Shown: positions 1 to 11,054 of the stretch, in pieces
Layout: the number at the start of each line of letters is the position of its first letter
How positions within the stretch are numbered: the stretch's first letter is position 1
DNA from: Gallionellales bacterium GWA2_54_124
GTDB taxonomy: Bacteria > Pseudomonadota > Gammaproteobacteria > Burkholderiales > Gallionellaceae
DNA: 32,000 nucleotides
Direction: 5' to 3'
NCBI GenBank assembly: GCA_001801025.1
Contig: MGWO01000007.1
Location: 1,217,576 to 1,249,575, forward strand
Program-made: the position numbers and the translations under genes
Notes under the pieces: generated by a model
The model's input: the letters and a program-made list of their open reading frames with translations, nothing else
Database searches by the model: none
Told to the model about the DNA's origin: nothing

Positions 1-540
1 GGCATGATGTTTCAGGTCAGCGGCCTGTTCAGCGACTTGACGGTATATGACAATCTGGCCTTTCCAATGCGCGAGCATACCGATTTGTCGGAAGAGATGA
101 TCCATGATCTGGTGCTGATGAAGTTGCAGGCAGTCGGATTGCGCAATGCGCATGGCCTGATGCCCGGGGATTTGTCAGGCGGCATGGCGCGGCGTGTGGC
201 ACTCGCACGGGCGATTGCGCTTGATCCTACGCTGATTATTTACGATGAACCTTTTGCGGGGCTCGATCCGATTTCGCTCAGCACCATCGCCAATCTGATC
301 CGTAAACTCAACGATGCGCTGGGGATTACCTCGGTGGTGGTGACCTACGACATGTCGGAATCGTTGAAGATCGCCGATTATGTGTATTTTATTCACGATG
401 GCGTGGTGGTGGCAGAAGGCGATGCTGAAGATATGCTCGCGTCAAATGATCCGATTGTGTATCAGTTCATTCATGCGGAGCCTGACGGTCCGGTCGCATT
501 TCACTATCCGGCCCCCCCCTATGCGGAAGATATTTTGTAA
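1..540 (+). CDS. mlaF: ABC transporter ATP-binding protein, MlaF-like (5' end outside window)
   Basis: The frame is open from base 1. It shows the ABC signature LSGGMARRVALARA, Walker B LIIYDEPFAGLD and the C-terminal tail DGPVAFHYPAPPY typical of MlaF/Ttg2A. Confidence 0.75.
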   Translation, partial: GMMFQVSGLFSDLTVYDNLAFPMREHTDLSEEMIHDLVLMKLQAVGLRNAHGLMPGDLSGGMARRVALARAIALDPTLIIYDEPFAGLDPISLSTIANLIRKLNDALGITSVVVTYDMSESLKIADYVYFIHDGVVVAEGDAEDMLASNDPIVYQFIHAEPDGPVAFHYPAPPYAEDIL

Positions 541-542
541 CA

Positions 543-578
543 ACAACTGATAATTGACGACTCTCAATTATCAGTTGT
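543..578. terminator. Bidirectional hairpin between convergent mlaF-like gene and pgi
   Basis: Perfect 14-bp inverted repeat CAACTGATAATTGA / TCAATTATCAGTTG (544-557 / 564-577) with a 6-nt loop, lying between two convergent stop codons. Confidence 0.6.
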
Positions 579-592
579 CAATTTTAATCTAT

Positions 593-2233
593 CTACTTGT
601 TTTTACGATAATACTCAATCAGGTGTCGCGTAGAATCATCGTGCTGCGAGCCGATTTTTCCATCCTGCAGTTCAGGCAGAATTTTGCTGGCCAGTTGTTT
701 GCCCAGTTCCACGCCCCACTGGTCGAATGAGTTGATATTCCACACGATGCCCTGCACAAACACCTTTTGCTCGTAAAGCGCAATCAGCATCCCCAGCGTG
801 TGCGGATCCAGACGATCGAACAGCAGGGTATTGGTCGGTTTGTTGCCAGCAAAAACCTTGTGCGGCAGTAAGGCTTCAAGTTCTGCCCCCGACAATCCCT
901 GCGCGACCAGTTCTGCGCGCGCCTCGTCAGATGTTTTGCCTATCATCAGCGCCTCGGTTTGCGCAAAGCAATTGGCAAGCAAAATGGCGTGATGTTCCCC
1001 CAGCGGATTCTGGCTGTGCAGGGGAGCTATGAAGTCCGCGGGTATCATGCGGGTTCCCTGATGGATCAACTGGTAGAAGGCGTGCTGACCGTTGGTGCCG
1101 GCCTCGCCCCATACCGCCGTGCCGGTATCGTAATCGACAGTCTGTCCGTCACGGTCTACGCCCTTGCCGTTGCTCTCCATATCCAGTTGCTGCAGGTACG
1201 CGGCAAAGCGGTGCAGGTACTGATCGTAGGGCAGCACGGCATTCGAACTGGTTGCAAAAAAGTTGCCGTACCAGATGCCCAGCATACCCATCAATACCGG
1301 CATGTTCTCCTCTAAAGGCGCGCTGCGGAAATGTTCGTCCATTGCGTGCGCACCCGAGAGCAATTCTTCGAACCTGTCCATGCCGATAAACAGCGCGATG
1401 GGCAGGCCAATCGCCGACCACAGCGAGTAACGTCCGCCCACCCAGTCCCAGAATTCGAACACGTTGTCCGGATTGATGCCGAACGAGGCGGTCGCTGCAA
1501 GATTGGTCGAGACGGCGGCGAAGTGGCAGGCGACGGCGTTCTCTGAACCCAGTTTTTCAACCAGCCAGGCGCGCGCGGAACGGGCATTGGTCAAGGTCTC
1601 CTGGGTAGTGAAGGTTTTGGAGCTGACAATGAACAGGGTCGTTTCAGCGTCCAGTTTTTTCAGTGTTTCGACCAGTTGACTGGCATCGACGTTAGAGACG
1701 AAATGCACGCGCAGCGCAGGGCTCGCGTAGCACTTCAACGCCTCGCAAACCATCAGCGGGCCCAAATCCGAGCCGCCAATGCCGATGTTGACGATGTCAG
1801 TGATCGCGCGTCCCGTATAACCGGTATGCGCACCACTGCGAACCTTGCCGGAAAACACCCGCATCAGCGCCAGCACGCGGCGCACGTCCGGCATCACATC
1901 AATCCCGTTGAACAGCACGGGACGGTCTGAGCGGTTGCGCAGTGCGGTGTGCAGCACGGCGCGCTGCTCGGTATTGTTGATTTTTTCGCCGTTAAACTGG
2001 CCTTCAATACTGGCGGACAGGTCGGCCTGAACCGCCAGATCGATCAGCAGTTTTCGGGTTTGTTCGGTAATGCGGTTTTTCGAGTAGTCCAGCAGCAAAC
2101 TGCCGAATTTCAGCGACAACTTATCAAAGCGCGATGGGTCGGCTGCAAACAGCTCGCGCATGTGCAGCGGTTCAATGTCGGCGTAATGCGCACTCAGCGC
2201 TTGCCAGGCCGTGGAGAGGGTAAGTTTTGACAT
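593..2233 (-). CDS. pgi: Glucose-6-phosphate isomerase
   Basis: 546-aa ORF with PGI motifs ([33 protein letters not shown]) and typical length. Confidence 0.95.
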   Translation of the reverse strand: MSKLTLSTAWQALSAHYADIEPLHMRELFAADPSRFDKLSLKFGSLLLDYSKNRITEQTRKLLIDLAVQADLSASIEGQFNGEKINNTEQRAVLHTALRNRSDRPVLFNGIDVMPDVRRVLALMRVFSGKVRSGAHTGYTGRAITDIVNIGIGGSDLGPLMVCEALKCYASPALRVHFVSNVDASQLVETLKKLDAETTLFIVSSKTFTTQETLTNARSARAWLVEKLGSENAVACHFAAVSTNLAATASFGINPDNVFEFWDWVGGRYSLWSAIGLPIALFIGMDRFEELLSGAHAMDEHFRSAPLEENMPVLMGMLGIWYGNFFATSSNAVLPYDQYLHRFAAYLQQLDMESNGKGVDRDGQTVDYDTGTAVWGEAGTNGQHAFYQLIHQGTRMIPADFIAPLHSQNPLGEHHAILLANCFAQTEALMIGKTSDEARAELVAQGLSGAELEALLPHKVFAGNKPTNTLLFDRLDPHTLGMLIALYEQKVFVQGIVWNINSFDQWGVELGKQLASKILPELQDGKIGSQHDDSTRHLIEYYRKNK

Positions 2234-2278
2234 GGTAATGATCTTTGTTCAAAGTTCAACTAACGGACATATTAAACA

Positions 2279-2300
2279 GCCCTCCCTGATAGGGGAGGGC
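2279..2300 (-). terminator. Hairpin immediately downstream of glgB stop
   Basis: GCCCTCCC / GGGAGGGC stem with a 6-nt loop, 9 nt after the glgB stop. The T-tail on the minus strand is weak (TGTTTAAT). Confidence 0.4.
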
Positions 2301-2308
2301 CTTGCAAG

Positions 2309-4465
2309 CTATGCCTCAGGTACCAGAATCACACCAGCCAACGGCGGCAGTGAGATTTCTGCCGAATAGGGCAGTCCCATCCAAGGAATAGACTCTGCCG
2401 TGATCAGGCCTGCATTGCCCAGATTGCTCCCTGCGTAATACGTCGAATCGCTGTTCAATGCTTCACGATACTGGGTCAATTCCGGTAGGCCGATCCGATA
2501 GTGCTGACGCGGCAGCGGGGTCAGATTCAGCGCGACGATGACGCAGGCACCATTGCGTGCAGTACGCTGGAACGACAGCACCGACTTTTCGGCATCGTTG
2601 CAGTCTATCCAGGAAAAACCCGCCGATTCGAAGTCCAGCTCATGCAGCGCGGGAAGTGAACTGTAGAGTTTGTTCAGATCGTGCGTCAGATTCTGCATAC
2701 CGCGGTGCAATTCTTCGCCCAGCTGCCACCATTCGAGTTCCCATTTTGATTGCCATTCGCGTCCCTGAGCGATTTCATTGCCCATGAAGTTGAGTTTTTT
2801 GCCCGGGCTGGTCATCTGGTAAGTCAGCAGCAGACGCAGGTTGGCGAATTTTTGCCACGCATCGCCCGGCATTTTGGAGAGCAGTGAACCTTTGCCGTGT
2901 ACGACTTCATCGTGCGAGAAAGGCATGATGAAGTTTTCGCTGTAAGCGTAGATCTGGCCAAAGGTCAGCTGGTTGTGGTGATATCTGCGATGTACCGGCT
3001 CGTGTTCGAAATAGCCTAGGGTGTCGTTCATCCAGCCCATGTTCCACTTCATCGAGAAGCCTAAACCGCCTAGATAAACAGGGCGTGAGACGCCGGGCCA
3101 TGCGGTGGACTCTTCAGCCATGGTCAGTGCGCCCGGGAATTCCTCGTGAACCATGATGTTCATTTCGCGCAGGAATTCAACTGCATCGAGGTTTTCACGG
3201 CCGCCGTACTTGTTCGGTATCCATTCGCCGGCTTTACGCGAATAATCAAGGTACAGCATGGACGCGACCGCATCGACACGCAGGCCGTCAAAGTGAAACT
3301 CGGATAACCAGTAATGCGCGCTGGAGAGCAAGAAGGTTTTAACTTCGTTGCGGCCGAAATTGAATATATGGGTGCCCCAGTCCTGATGAAAACCCAGCCG
3401 CGGGTCTTCGTGCTCGAACAGTGCGGTGCCGTCAAAGCGTGCCAGCGCCCAGCTGTCCTGGGGAAAGTGAGCCGGTACCCAGTCAAGGATCACGCCGATG
3501 TCAGCCTGATGGCATGCATCGATCAACTGACGCAGTTCGTCAGGAGAACCGAAGCGGCTCGAAGGCGCAAAGTAGCCCGTGCACTGATACCCCCAGGATT
3601 CATCGAGCGGATGTTCGGTGACCGGCATAAATTCGATGTGCGTGTAGCCCATACTTTTAACATAGGGCACCAGATCACGGGCCAGCTCACTATAACTATA
3701 GAAACGACCGTCCGGATGGCGCTTCCAAGATCCCGGATGCACCTCATAGATATTCACCGCCGCGTGCAGCCAGTCCCACTGGCCTCGCTTGGCCATCCAT
3801 GCATCGTCCTGCCAGCAATGTGTATTCGCTGGTGCTGCCAGCGCTGCCGTTCCCGGGCGCAATTCGAAACCTTGCGCATAGGGGTCGGTCTTGGTCAGGA
3901 TGTTGCCGGTATCACGATTGCGGATTTCATAGCGATACAGCGCGTGCTGCTTAATTTCCGGGATAAAGATTTCCCAAACGCCGGAGGAACCGTGCAATCG
4001 CATCGGATACATACGACCATCCCAGTTGTTGAATTCGCCGATAACGCTCACGCGTTCGGCATTCGGTGCCCAGACGGCGAAGCGCACGCCTGTGACGCCG
4101 CTGATTTGCACCGGATGCGAGCCCAGCATGCGATAGCCTTGACGCAGTTTACCTTCACCGAACAAATGCAAATCCTGCGCTGAAATATCGGACGGGAACT
4201 GATAAGGATCGTAGATGTCGCGGGACGCGAGTCCTTCGCTGACTTTTAAGCGGTAGGGGAGCTTGGGTTCGCAGACACCGCGCCATTCGAACAGGCCGTC
4301 GGGATGGATTTTGGTAAATTCTTCCTGAGTGTAGATCAGGGTGACTTGCGTGGCATGAGGTTCATAGTAGCGAATAACCCACTCAGCGCCATCGCGGTGC
4401 AGACCAAGTAAGGCAAAAGGATCGTGGAGCCGTGCTTGCAACAAAGATTCGATTAACATATTCAC
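2309..4465 (-). CDS. glgB: 1,4-alpha-glucan branching enzyme
   Basis: 718-aa ORF with GH13 branching-enzyme motifs (DWVPAHF, GLRVDAVASMLY, MAEESTAWP, SHDEVVHGK). GTG start with GAGGA 6 nt upstream. Confidence 0.95.
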   Translation of the reverse strand: MNMLIESLLQARLHDPFALLGLHRDGAEWVIRYYEPHATQVTLIYTQEEFTKIHPDGLFEWRGVCEPKLPYRLKVSEGLASRDIYDPYQFPSDISAQDLHLFGEGKLRQGYRMLGSHPVQISGVTGVRFAVWAPNAERVSVIGEFNNWDGRMYPMRLHGSSGVWEIFIPEIKQHALYRYEIRNRDTGNILTKTDPYAQGFELRPGTAALAAPANTHCWQDDAWMAKRGQWDWLHAAVNIYEVHPGSWKRHPDGRFYSYSELARDLVPYVKSMGYTHIEFMPVTEHPLDESWGYQCTGYFAPSSRFGSPDELRQLIDACHQADIGVILDWVPAHFPQDSWALARFDGTALFEHEDPRLGFHQDWGTHIFNFGRNEVKTFLLSSAHYWLSEFHFDGLRVDAVASMLYLDYSRKAGEWIPNKYGGRENLDAVEFLREMNIMVHEEFPGALTMAEESTAWPGVSRPVYLGGLGFSMKWNMGWMNDTLGYFEHEPVHRRYHHNQLTFGQIYAYSENFIMPFSHDEVVHGKGSLLSKMPGDAWQKFANLRLLLTYQMTSPGKKLNFMGNEIAQGREWQSKWELEWWQLGEELHRGMQNLTHDLNKLYSSLPALHELDFESAGFSWIDCNDAEKSVLSFQRTARNGACVIVALNLTPLPRQHYRIGLPELTQYREALNSDSTYYAGSNLGNAGLITAESIPWMGLPYSAEISLPPLAGVILVPEA

Positions 4466-4556
4466 TATATTTCCTCATTAGTTCTTGTGTCGTGCGGTAA
4501 TTGTAAACGATAATGCCTTGGTCAATTAAGGTAAATGTGACCATGAGGAGGTAAAG

Positions 4557-5882
4557 ATGAATGTCGAGTTGGGTTATCTGAAAAAAAATTACCACGCAGC
4601 TTCTGGCGATCCTGAACCGCGTTTTGTTAGTCGTCTGACTAAAAACACTTATGCGATGGTTCTGGCGGGTGGCCGGGGCAGCCGTCTGCATGAGCTGACC
4701 AACTGGCGAGCGAAGCCCGCCGTGCCTTTTGGCGGTAAATTCCGCATCATCGATTTTGTCCTCTCCAACTGTGTTAACTCGGGCATACGCCGTATCGGTG
4801 TCGCCACACAATACAAATCTCACAGCCTGATTCAGCATATTCAGCGCGGCTGGTCATTTTTGAACGGTCAGTTCGGCGAATATCTCGATTTACTGCCGGC
4901 GCAACAGCGTATCAGTGAAGATCAGTGGTATCAGGGAACAGCGGATGCCGTATTCCAGAATCTGGATATCATCCGCGCTTCAAAATGCGAATTTATCGTG
5001 ATTCTGGCAGGCGATCATATCTATAAGATGGACTACGGCAAATTACTGGCCTTTCATGTCGAAAAGAAAGCCGATATGACCGTTGCCTGTCTCGAAGTGC
5101 CGATTGCTGAGGCATTTGCGTTTGGCGTGATGGGCATCGACGAAAACTCCCGCGTGGTTGAGTTTGTCGAAAAGCCGGCGAATCCGCCTTCCATACCGGA
5201 CAATCCGGAAAAATCGCTGGCAAGCATGGGGATCTATGTATTCAATACTCAGTTTCTGATCGAACAGTTGATCCGTGACGCCGACAGCCCGAATTCGTCG
5301 CATGATTTCGGCAAAGATCTAATTCCGCATATGGTTGAAAAATACCGCGTATTTGCTCAGAGTTTTGAGCAAAGCTGTGTCGGGATGGGCGATGACAATA
5401 CGCCTTACTGGCGCGATGTGGGAACCATCGATTCCTACTGGGAAGCCAGCATGGAGATGACCAAGGTGATCCCCGATCTGAATATGTACGATCAGGAATG
5501 GCCGATCTGGACTTATCAGGAGCAATTGCCGCCTGCCAAATTCGTTTTCGATGAAGAGGAGCGTCGCGGTTACGCGGTCGATTCACTGGTATCCGGCGGT
5601 TGTATCGTCAGCGGTTCGACGGTTAAGCGTTCGCTGTTGTTTTCTGATGTGCGCGTAAACAGCTATTCTTCGATCGAAGATTCAGTATTGCTGCCGAACG
5701 TCGATGTGGGTCGTCATGTGGTATTGAAGCGTGTCATCGTCGATAAAAACTGTAAAATTCCAGATGGTATGGAAGTCGGTGTCAATATCGAGGAAGATCG
5801 CAAGCGTTTCCATGTCAGCGAGAATGGTATCACCCTGATTACCCCTGAAATGCTGGGGCAGATCGTACACAGTATCCGTTAA
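4557..5882 (+). CDS. glgC: Glucose-1-phosphate adenylyltransferase
   Basis: 441 aa. N-terminal LAGGRGSRL nucleotide-binding motif, [26 protein letters not shown] upstream of the ATG. Confidence 0.95.
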   Translation: MNVELGYLKKNYHAASGDPEPRFVSRLTKNTYAMVLAGGRGSRLHELTNWRAKPAVPFGGKFRIIDFVLSNCVNSGIRRIGVATQYKSHSLIQHIQRGWSFLNGQFGEYLDLLPAQQRISEDQWYQGTADAVFQNLDIIRASKCEFIVILAGDHIYKMDYGKLLAFHVEKKADMTVACLEVPIAEAFAFGVMGIDENSRVVEFVEKPANPPSIPDNPEKSLASMGIYVFNTQFLIEQLIRDADSPNSSHDFGKDLIPHMVEKYRVFAQSFEQSCVGMGDDNTPYWRDVGTIDSYWEASMEMTKVIPDLNMYDQEWPIWTYQEQLPPAKFVFDEEERRGYAVDSLVSGGCIVSGSTVKRSLLFSDVRVNSYSSIEDSVLLPNVDVGRHVVLKRVIVDKNCKIPDGMEVGVNIEEDRKRFHVSENGITLITPEMLGQIVHSIR

Positions 5883-5928
5883 GGCTCAACTCAATTAACC
5901 CCGCTGCCAAACAGCGGGGCTTTCAGCT

Positions 5929-7632
5929 ATGAAAAAATCCCTAGACTTAGTATTTCTCTGGCACATGCATCAGCCGGACTACCGTGATTATGCCAGCGGC
6001 GATTTCGTATTGCCGTGGGTCTATTTGCACGCCATCAAAGATTACACCGATATGGCCTATCATCTGGAGCGCCATCCCGGGATGCACGTGGTACTCAACT
6101 TTGTGCCTATTTTGCTCGATCAACTGGAGGATTATACCGACCAGTTTGCCACCGGAAAAATTCGCGATCCATTGCTGCGCCTTCTGGTACACAAAGACAC
6201 GTTATCCATTGCGGAACGTCAATTAGTGCTCGACTCGTGCTTCCGCAGCAGCCACACCAAGATGATTGCACCGTACCCGGTTTATAAGCGTCTGTGGGAT
6301 TTATTCCAGATGTTGCAAGCCGAGGGTGAAAACGCGTTATCGTATCTGTCCGGTCAGTATATGGACGATCTGCTGGTCTGGTATCACTTAGCCTGGTGCG
6401 GTGAAAGCGTGCGTCGCGAGAACGAATTGGTTGCGCAACTGATGACTAAAGCCGAAGGCTTTACGCTCAATGAACGAAAACAATTATTCAATCTGATTGG
6501 CGAACTGACCAGCGACATTATTCCTCGCTACCGTAAGCTTGCCGAATCAGGTCAGATCGAAATTTCGGCCACACCGCATTATCATCCTCTAGCGCCTTTG
6601 CTGATCGATTTTGCCAGTGCCAAGGAAGCGATGCCTGATGCGCCGATGCCTAAGGCGCCGCATTATCCTAAGGGGCGTTTACGCGTATCCAAGCATATTC
6701 AGCTGGCTAAAGCGAGCCACAAGGCACGATTTGGTTCTGAGCCTGCCGGTATGTGGCCGGCGGAAGGCTCAATTTCTGTGGAAACGCTGGAAGTGTTTGC
6801 CGAGGAGGGCTGCGGTTGGGCTGCCAGCGGTGAAGGCGTACTCGTTAACAGCATACGCCGCTCGAATCAGTCCGTGCCTGAGCGTAACCAGTATCTGTAT
6901 CGTCCCTATACGCTGGATAAGGGCGCTGTACAGTGCTTCTTCCGCGATGATCATCTGTCGGATCTGATCGGGTTCGAATACTCACGCTGGCACGGCAAAG
7001 ATGCGGCGACACATTTTATCGACCAGCTGGACAACATCTCACGCCACGCCCCCGAAGGAGAAACGCCGGTCGTCAGCGTGATCCTCGACGGCGAAAATGC
7101 ATGGGAATACTACCCGTACAACGGATTTTACTTCCTTGACGAGCTATATGAGCTACTGGAAAATCATGGCAGAATTCGTACGACAACTTACGAAAATTTC
7201 ATTAAGCTCAGTACGATACGCACCGATAGTGCCCGCGTGGTTAGTTTGCCGACAATATCGGCCGGCAGCTGGGTTTACGGGAATTTCTCAACCTGGATAG
7301 GTTGTGAAGACAAGAACCGTGCCTGGGATTTGCTGTGTGCTGCGAAGCAAAGTTATGACATGGTCATGTCCAGCGGCAGACTGAGCAAAGCAGAACAGGC
7401 GGCGGCCGACAAGCAATTGTGTTCTTGCGAGAGTTCAGACTGGTTCTGGTGGTTCGGGGACTACAATCCGGCCAATTCAGTTGCCAGTTTTGATCGTTTA
7501 TATCGTCACAATTTGACTGAATTGTATCGGCTGCTCAAATTGCCGGCACCGCTCACGCTGGCAGATCCCGTCAGCCGAGGCTGCCTTGGGGAAACAGAAG
7601 TTGACGGAGCGATGCGCCGCGCAACTGAGTAG
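5929..7632 (+). CDS. Glycoside hydrolase family 57 protein (alpha-glucan active)
   Basis: 567 aa. GH57-type N-terminus WHMHQPDYRD, WPAEGS (nucleophile motif) and ILDGENAWEYY. Embedded in the glycogen cluster. Confidence 0.8.
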   Translation: MKKSLDLVFLWHMHQPDYRDYASGDFVLPWVYLHAIKDYTDMAYHLERHPGMHVVLNFVPILLDQLEDYTDQFATGKIRDPLLRLLVHKDTLSIAERQLVLDSCFRSSHTKMIAPYPVYKRLWDLFQMLQAEGENALSYLSGQYMDDLLVWYHLAWCGESVRRENELVAQLMTKAEGFTLNERKQLFNLIGELTSDIIPRYRKLAESGQIEISATPHYHPLAPLLIDFASAKEAMPDAPMPKAPHYPKGRLRVSKHIQLAKASHKARFGSEPAGMWPAEGSISVETLEVFAEEGCGWAASGEGVLVNSIRRSNQSVPERNQYLYRPYTLDKGAVQCFFRDDHLSDLIGFEYSRWHGKDAATHFIDQLDNISRHAPEGETPVVSVILDGENAWEYYPYNGFYFLDELYELLENHGRIRTTTYENFIKLSTIRTDSARVVSLPTISAGSWVYGNFSTWIGCEDKNRAWDLLCAAKQSYDMVMSSGRLSKAEQAAADKQLCSCESSDWFWWFGDYNPANSVASFDRLYRHNLTELYRLLKLPAPLTLADPVSRGCLGETEVDGAMRRATE

Positions 7633-7674
7633 ATGTCAATCAGCCTTTAGACCGTTTTAGAGAATGAATCGCTT

Positions 7675-9210
7675 ATGATAAAAGACCGAGCCAGCGGTAT
7701 TCTGTTGCATCCAACGTCTTTGCCCGGGCCATTTGGCGCCGGCGATCTGGGCGCCAATGCCTACCTTTTTGTCGACTGGCTAAAGGGGGCAGGGCAGACG
7801 TATTGGCAGGTCTTGCCGCTGGGGGAAATCGGGCCGGGCAATTCACCTTATATGAGCAGTTCTGCCTTTGCCGGCAACGTGCTGCTGATTGATCTGCAGG
7901 ATCTGGCAACGCAAGGATGGTTGACCGCTGAAGATTTAATTCCCGATCCGGGATTTTGTGCCGACCGGGTCGATTTCTCTTTGCAAGCACCCTTCAGGCT
8001 TGAGCGTTTGCGTCGCGCCGCCCGACAATTTTTTGCAAGCAGCCAGGGGAGCATGCACGAGGCGTATGCCGATTTTTGTCTGGCAGAGTGCGAGTGGCTT
8101 GAAGACTATGCGCGCTTCATGACGATACTGGAACAACAAGAAGGTCGCGGATGGAATCAATGGCCTGAGGTGTATGCAAGACGTTCGCCGCATGCACTGG
8201 CGGTTCTGGACGAGGTTTCTCAGGTCAAGATTAGTTTCTGGAAATTTTGCCAGTGGTGTTTTTCGCGTCAGTGGACTCAGTTAAAAAGCTACGCGAACGG
8301 ACGCGGCATTAAGCTGGTTGGTGATGTGCCGATTTTTGTGGCATTTCAAAGTGCGGACGTATGGGCGCATCCTGAATTGTTTGAGCTCGATGAATCAGGT
8401 TGCCCCTCGGTTGTCGCGGGTGTTCCACCGGATTATTTTAGTGAGACCGGGCAACTGTGGGGAAATCCGCTTTATCGCTGGGACGTACATGAACATACCG
8501 GCTATGCCTGGTGGATCAGGCGGCTGCATGCTGCGTTATCCAGCTTTGATCAGGTACGCATCGATCACTTCAGGGGTTTTGCGGCCTACTGGGAAGTGCC
8601 TGCGGGTGAATCTACCGCAATGAATGGCAGATGGGTGCAAGGTCCCGGTGCTAAACTATTCGACGCCTTTACCAGCGCCTTTACGGAATTGCCGATTATT
8701 GCTGAAGATCTGGGCGTGATTACACCGGATGTCGCCCAATTGCGCGACCAGTTTAATCTGCCCGGCATGCGCATTTTGCAATTCGCTTTTGGTGATGACA
8801 ACCGTAATGCGTTTTTGCCGCATAACTATATCGCCAACACGATTGCCTATACCGGCACACATGACAATGACACAACCCTTGGGTGGTGGAACACTGCGTC
8901 CGAGCATGAGCATCACTTTGCTCAGGCCTATTTTGCCAAAGAGTTGGTTGATGTGCCGTGGGATATGATCAGTGCGCTGTCAGCATCGGTCGCCAATACG
9001 GTAATTTTTCCAATGCAGGATGTACTTTGCCTGTCGGGCGAGCATCGCATGAACTATCCGGGACGTGCTGAGGGAAATTGGGAGTGGCGTTTTACGTGGG
9101 AGCAGGTTCAGCCATGGCAGACAATCCGATTTGCTAATATAACAGCTTGCAATAAGCGAAATCCGCCGTGTCTGGATGCAAGTTGCGAGTGTCTTGATGC
9201 GTTAGGTTAA
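7675..9210 (+). CDS. malQ: 4-alpha-glucanotransferase (amylomaltase)
   Basis: 511 aa. GH77 motifs GILLHPTSLPG, WQVLPLG, RIDHFRGF, IAEDLG, YTGTHDNDT. Confidence 0.92.
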   Translation: MIKDRASGILLHPTSLPGPFGAGDLGANAYLFVDWLKGAGQTYWQVLPLGEIGPGNSPYMSSSAFAGNVLLIDLQDLATQGWLTAEDLIPDPGFCADRVDFSLQAPFRLERLRRAARQFFASSQGSMHEAYADFCLAECEWLEDYARFMTILEQQEGRGWNQWPEVYARRSPHALAVLDEVSQVKISFWKFCQWCFSRQWTQLKSYANGRGIKLVGDVPIFVAFQSADVWAHPELFELDESGCPSVVAGVPPDYFSETGQLWGNPLYRWDVHEHTGYAWWIRRLHAALSSFDQVRIDHFRGFAAYWEVPAGESTAMNGRWVQGPGAKLFDAFTSAFTELPIIAEDLGVITPDVAQLRDQFNLPGMRILQFAFGDDNRNAFLPHNYIANTIAYTGTHDNDTTLGWWNTASEHEHHFAQAYFAKELVDVPWDMISALSASVANTVIFPMQDVLCLSGEHRMNYPGRAEGNWEWRFTWEQVQPWQTIRFANITACNKRNPPCLDASCECLDALG

Positions 9211-9213
9211 GAC

Positions 9214-9244
9214 ATACGCCAGTTCTCTGCGAGGACTGGCGTAT
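9214..9244. terminator. Bidirectional hairpin between malQ and HU gene
   Basis: 10-bp inverted repeat ATACGCCAGT / ACTGGCGTAT with an 11-nt loop between convergent genes. Confidence 0.55.
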
Positions 9245-9255
9245 CAAACGAATGC

Positions 9256-9531
9256 TTATTTGTTTACAGCTGACTTCAGAGTTGCACCTGGCTTGAAAGC
9301 AGGCACTTTAGACGCGGCGATTTTCAATTCAGCGCCAGTCTTAGGGTTGCGGCCGGTGCGTGCAGCGCGTTCGCGCACTTCAAAAGTACCAAAACCGACC
9401 AGAGAAATGCTGTCGCCGCTCGCCAGTGTTTCGCCAATCACTTCAATCAGTGCAGCGATATTTTGTTCCGCAACAATTTTGGTGCTTCCGGTTTTGTTGG
9501 CCAAAGCATCGATAAGTTCTTTTCTGTTCAT
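9256..9531 (-). CDS. hupB: DNA-binding protein HU
   Basis: MNRKELIDALA...GFGTFEVRERAARTGRNPKTG...FKPG is the canonical HU fold sequence. I chose the internal ATG at 9531 (GGAGAG RBS upstream), which gives about 91 aa, rather than the 128-aa tracked ORF. Confidence 0.9.
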   Translation of the reverse strand: MNRKELIDALANKTGSTKIVAEQNIAALIEVIGETLASGDSISLVGFGTFEVRERAARTGRNPKTGAELKIAASKVPAFKPGATLKSAVNK

Positions 9532-9854
9532 GTGTGTCTCTCCGTGAGTAGCGTCGTGAATGTTTAAGGGCTGCGCATTGCTGCGGGCAAAGTCTAACAC
9601 TCTCCCGAGACAAACTGAACATCTTGGCGTGATTCTGTTCAAATTTTCTTAAAATAAATTGATTTATTATCACTCGGAAGTCATTTTTTGGCGGTTAGTG
9701 ACAATTCTTATCGAGCTGCCCGATAAATTCTGTGCAAGTTGCGCCGTTAACTTTAATAATCTCTGGATTATAAAATATCAACCCGCGGGTGTCAGTTCCC
9801 CGTATCATCCTGCCGTTTTTGCAGTCTGACTGAAAATTTTAACAAGGACATCAA

Positions 9855-11054
9855 ATGAAGTGGCTCGATTTTAAGCGTGACTATCTGGTGCAATTCTGGT
9901 CACCCATCCCCTCCGTCATTGCAGCGGGTGTTCTCGCTGCCTATTATTTTGGCATTACCGGCACTTTTTGGGCTGTTACCGGTGAATTTACCCGCTGGGG
10001 AGGTCATCTCCTGCAAGGGATCGGTTTTCATCCGGAAACATGGGGTTATTTTAAGGTCATCCATCTGGAAGGATCTCCCTTGAGTCGTGTGGATGGCGTG
10101 ATGATTATCGGGATGTTCGCAGGGTGTCTGTCTGCCGCACTGTGGGCCAACAACGTCAGGCTGCGGCAGCCGCAACATCGCATTCGCATTATTCAGGCGC
10201 TGGCCGGGGGAATTATCGCGGGTTTCGGTGCACGTCTGGCAATGGGGTGTAATCTGGCAGCCTTTTTTACCGGCATCCCGCAATTTTCACTGCACGCATG
10301 GTTTTTTGCGTTGTCGACGGTTGCAGGTACATGGTTTGGCGCGCGTTTTGTCATGTTGCCGGTATTCAGGGTCGCAGTGAACATCAAAAAAGTCACGGCC
10401 TCCCAACCGTTCAGTCAGACATCTGGGCAAGCGGAAAGCCGTTTTCGTCTGGGCTTGCTTGTGTTTGCCGGATTCTCGCTGTGGGCGATTGCCAAAACAT
10501 TCGATACACCTAAACTGGGCTTGGCGGCGCTGTTCGGTCTGGCTTTCGGTATCCTCATCGAACGGGGGCAGGTGTGTTTTACCTCGGCATTTCGCGATTT
10601 GTGGCTCACCGGCCGCACGCAAATGGCCAAGGCGATCATTCTCGGGATGGCAGTGAGCACGATTGGTGTTTACAGTTATATTCAGCTTGGAGTGCCGGCT
10701 AAAATCATGTGGGCAGGCCCTAATGCCGTGATCGGCGGCTTACTGTTCGGCTTCGGTATCGTGTTGGCTGGCAGTTGCGAGACAGGCTGGATGTATCGCG
10801 CTGTCGAAGGTCAGGTGCATTACTGGTGGGTGGGGCTGGGCAATATTATCGGCGCGACCTTGCTCGCGCTGTGCTGGGATGACATCGCGCCTGTGCTGGC
10901 AACCCGTTACGATAAGGTCGATCTTTTGGTGGTTTTCGGCAATACCGGCGGTCTGATGGTTACCTATTCGATGCTCGCACTGGCGATGCTGGCCGTATTG
11001 TGGTGGGAAAAACGTTTTTTCGCCGCTAAAGCGGCGGTACAGGAGGTCGCATGA
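9855..11054 (+). CDS. YeeE/YedE family inner-membrane protein (thiosulfate/sulfur-compound transporter, TsuA-like)
   Basis: 399 aa and polytopic. Conserved Cys-containing loops (GCNL, QVCFTSAF, GSCETG) typical of YeeE/YedE. Translationally coupled to a TusA-like gene. Confidence 0.8.
   Translation: MKWLDFKRDYLVQFWSPIPSVIAAGVLAAYYFGITGTFWAVTGEFTRWGGHLLQGIGFHPETWGYFKVIHLEGSPLSRVDGVMIIGMFAGCLSAALWANNVRLRQPQHRIRIIQALAGGIIAGFGARLAMGCNLAAFFTGIPQFSLHAWFFALSTVAGTWFGARFVMLPVFRVAVNIKKVTASQPFSQTSGQAESRFRLGLLVFAGFSLWAIAKTFDTPKLGLAALFGLAFGILIERGQVCFTSAFRDLWLTGRTQMAKAIILGMAVSTIGVYSYIQLGVPAKIMWAGPNAVIGGLLFGFGIVLAGSCETGWMYRAVEGQVHYWWVGLGNIIGATLLALCWDDIAPVLATRYDKVDLLVVFGNTGGLMVTYSMLALAMLAVLWWEKRFFAAKAAVQEVA

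Noticed and set aside
798-4183. Numerous 60-290-aa ORFs overlapping pgi and glgB on either strand, for example 3314-4183 (+) at 289 aa
   Set aside because: They lie entirely inside long ORFs with unmistakable enzyme motifs, have Arg/Ala/Pro-rich shadow-frame composition, and show no RBS.
9532-9642. N-terminal 37-aa extension of the HU ORF
   Set aside because: HU proteins are about 90 aa. The internal ATG at 9531 has a GGAGAG RBS, and the extension has no HU-like sequence.
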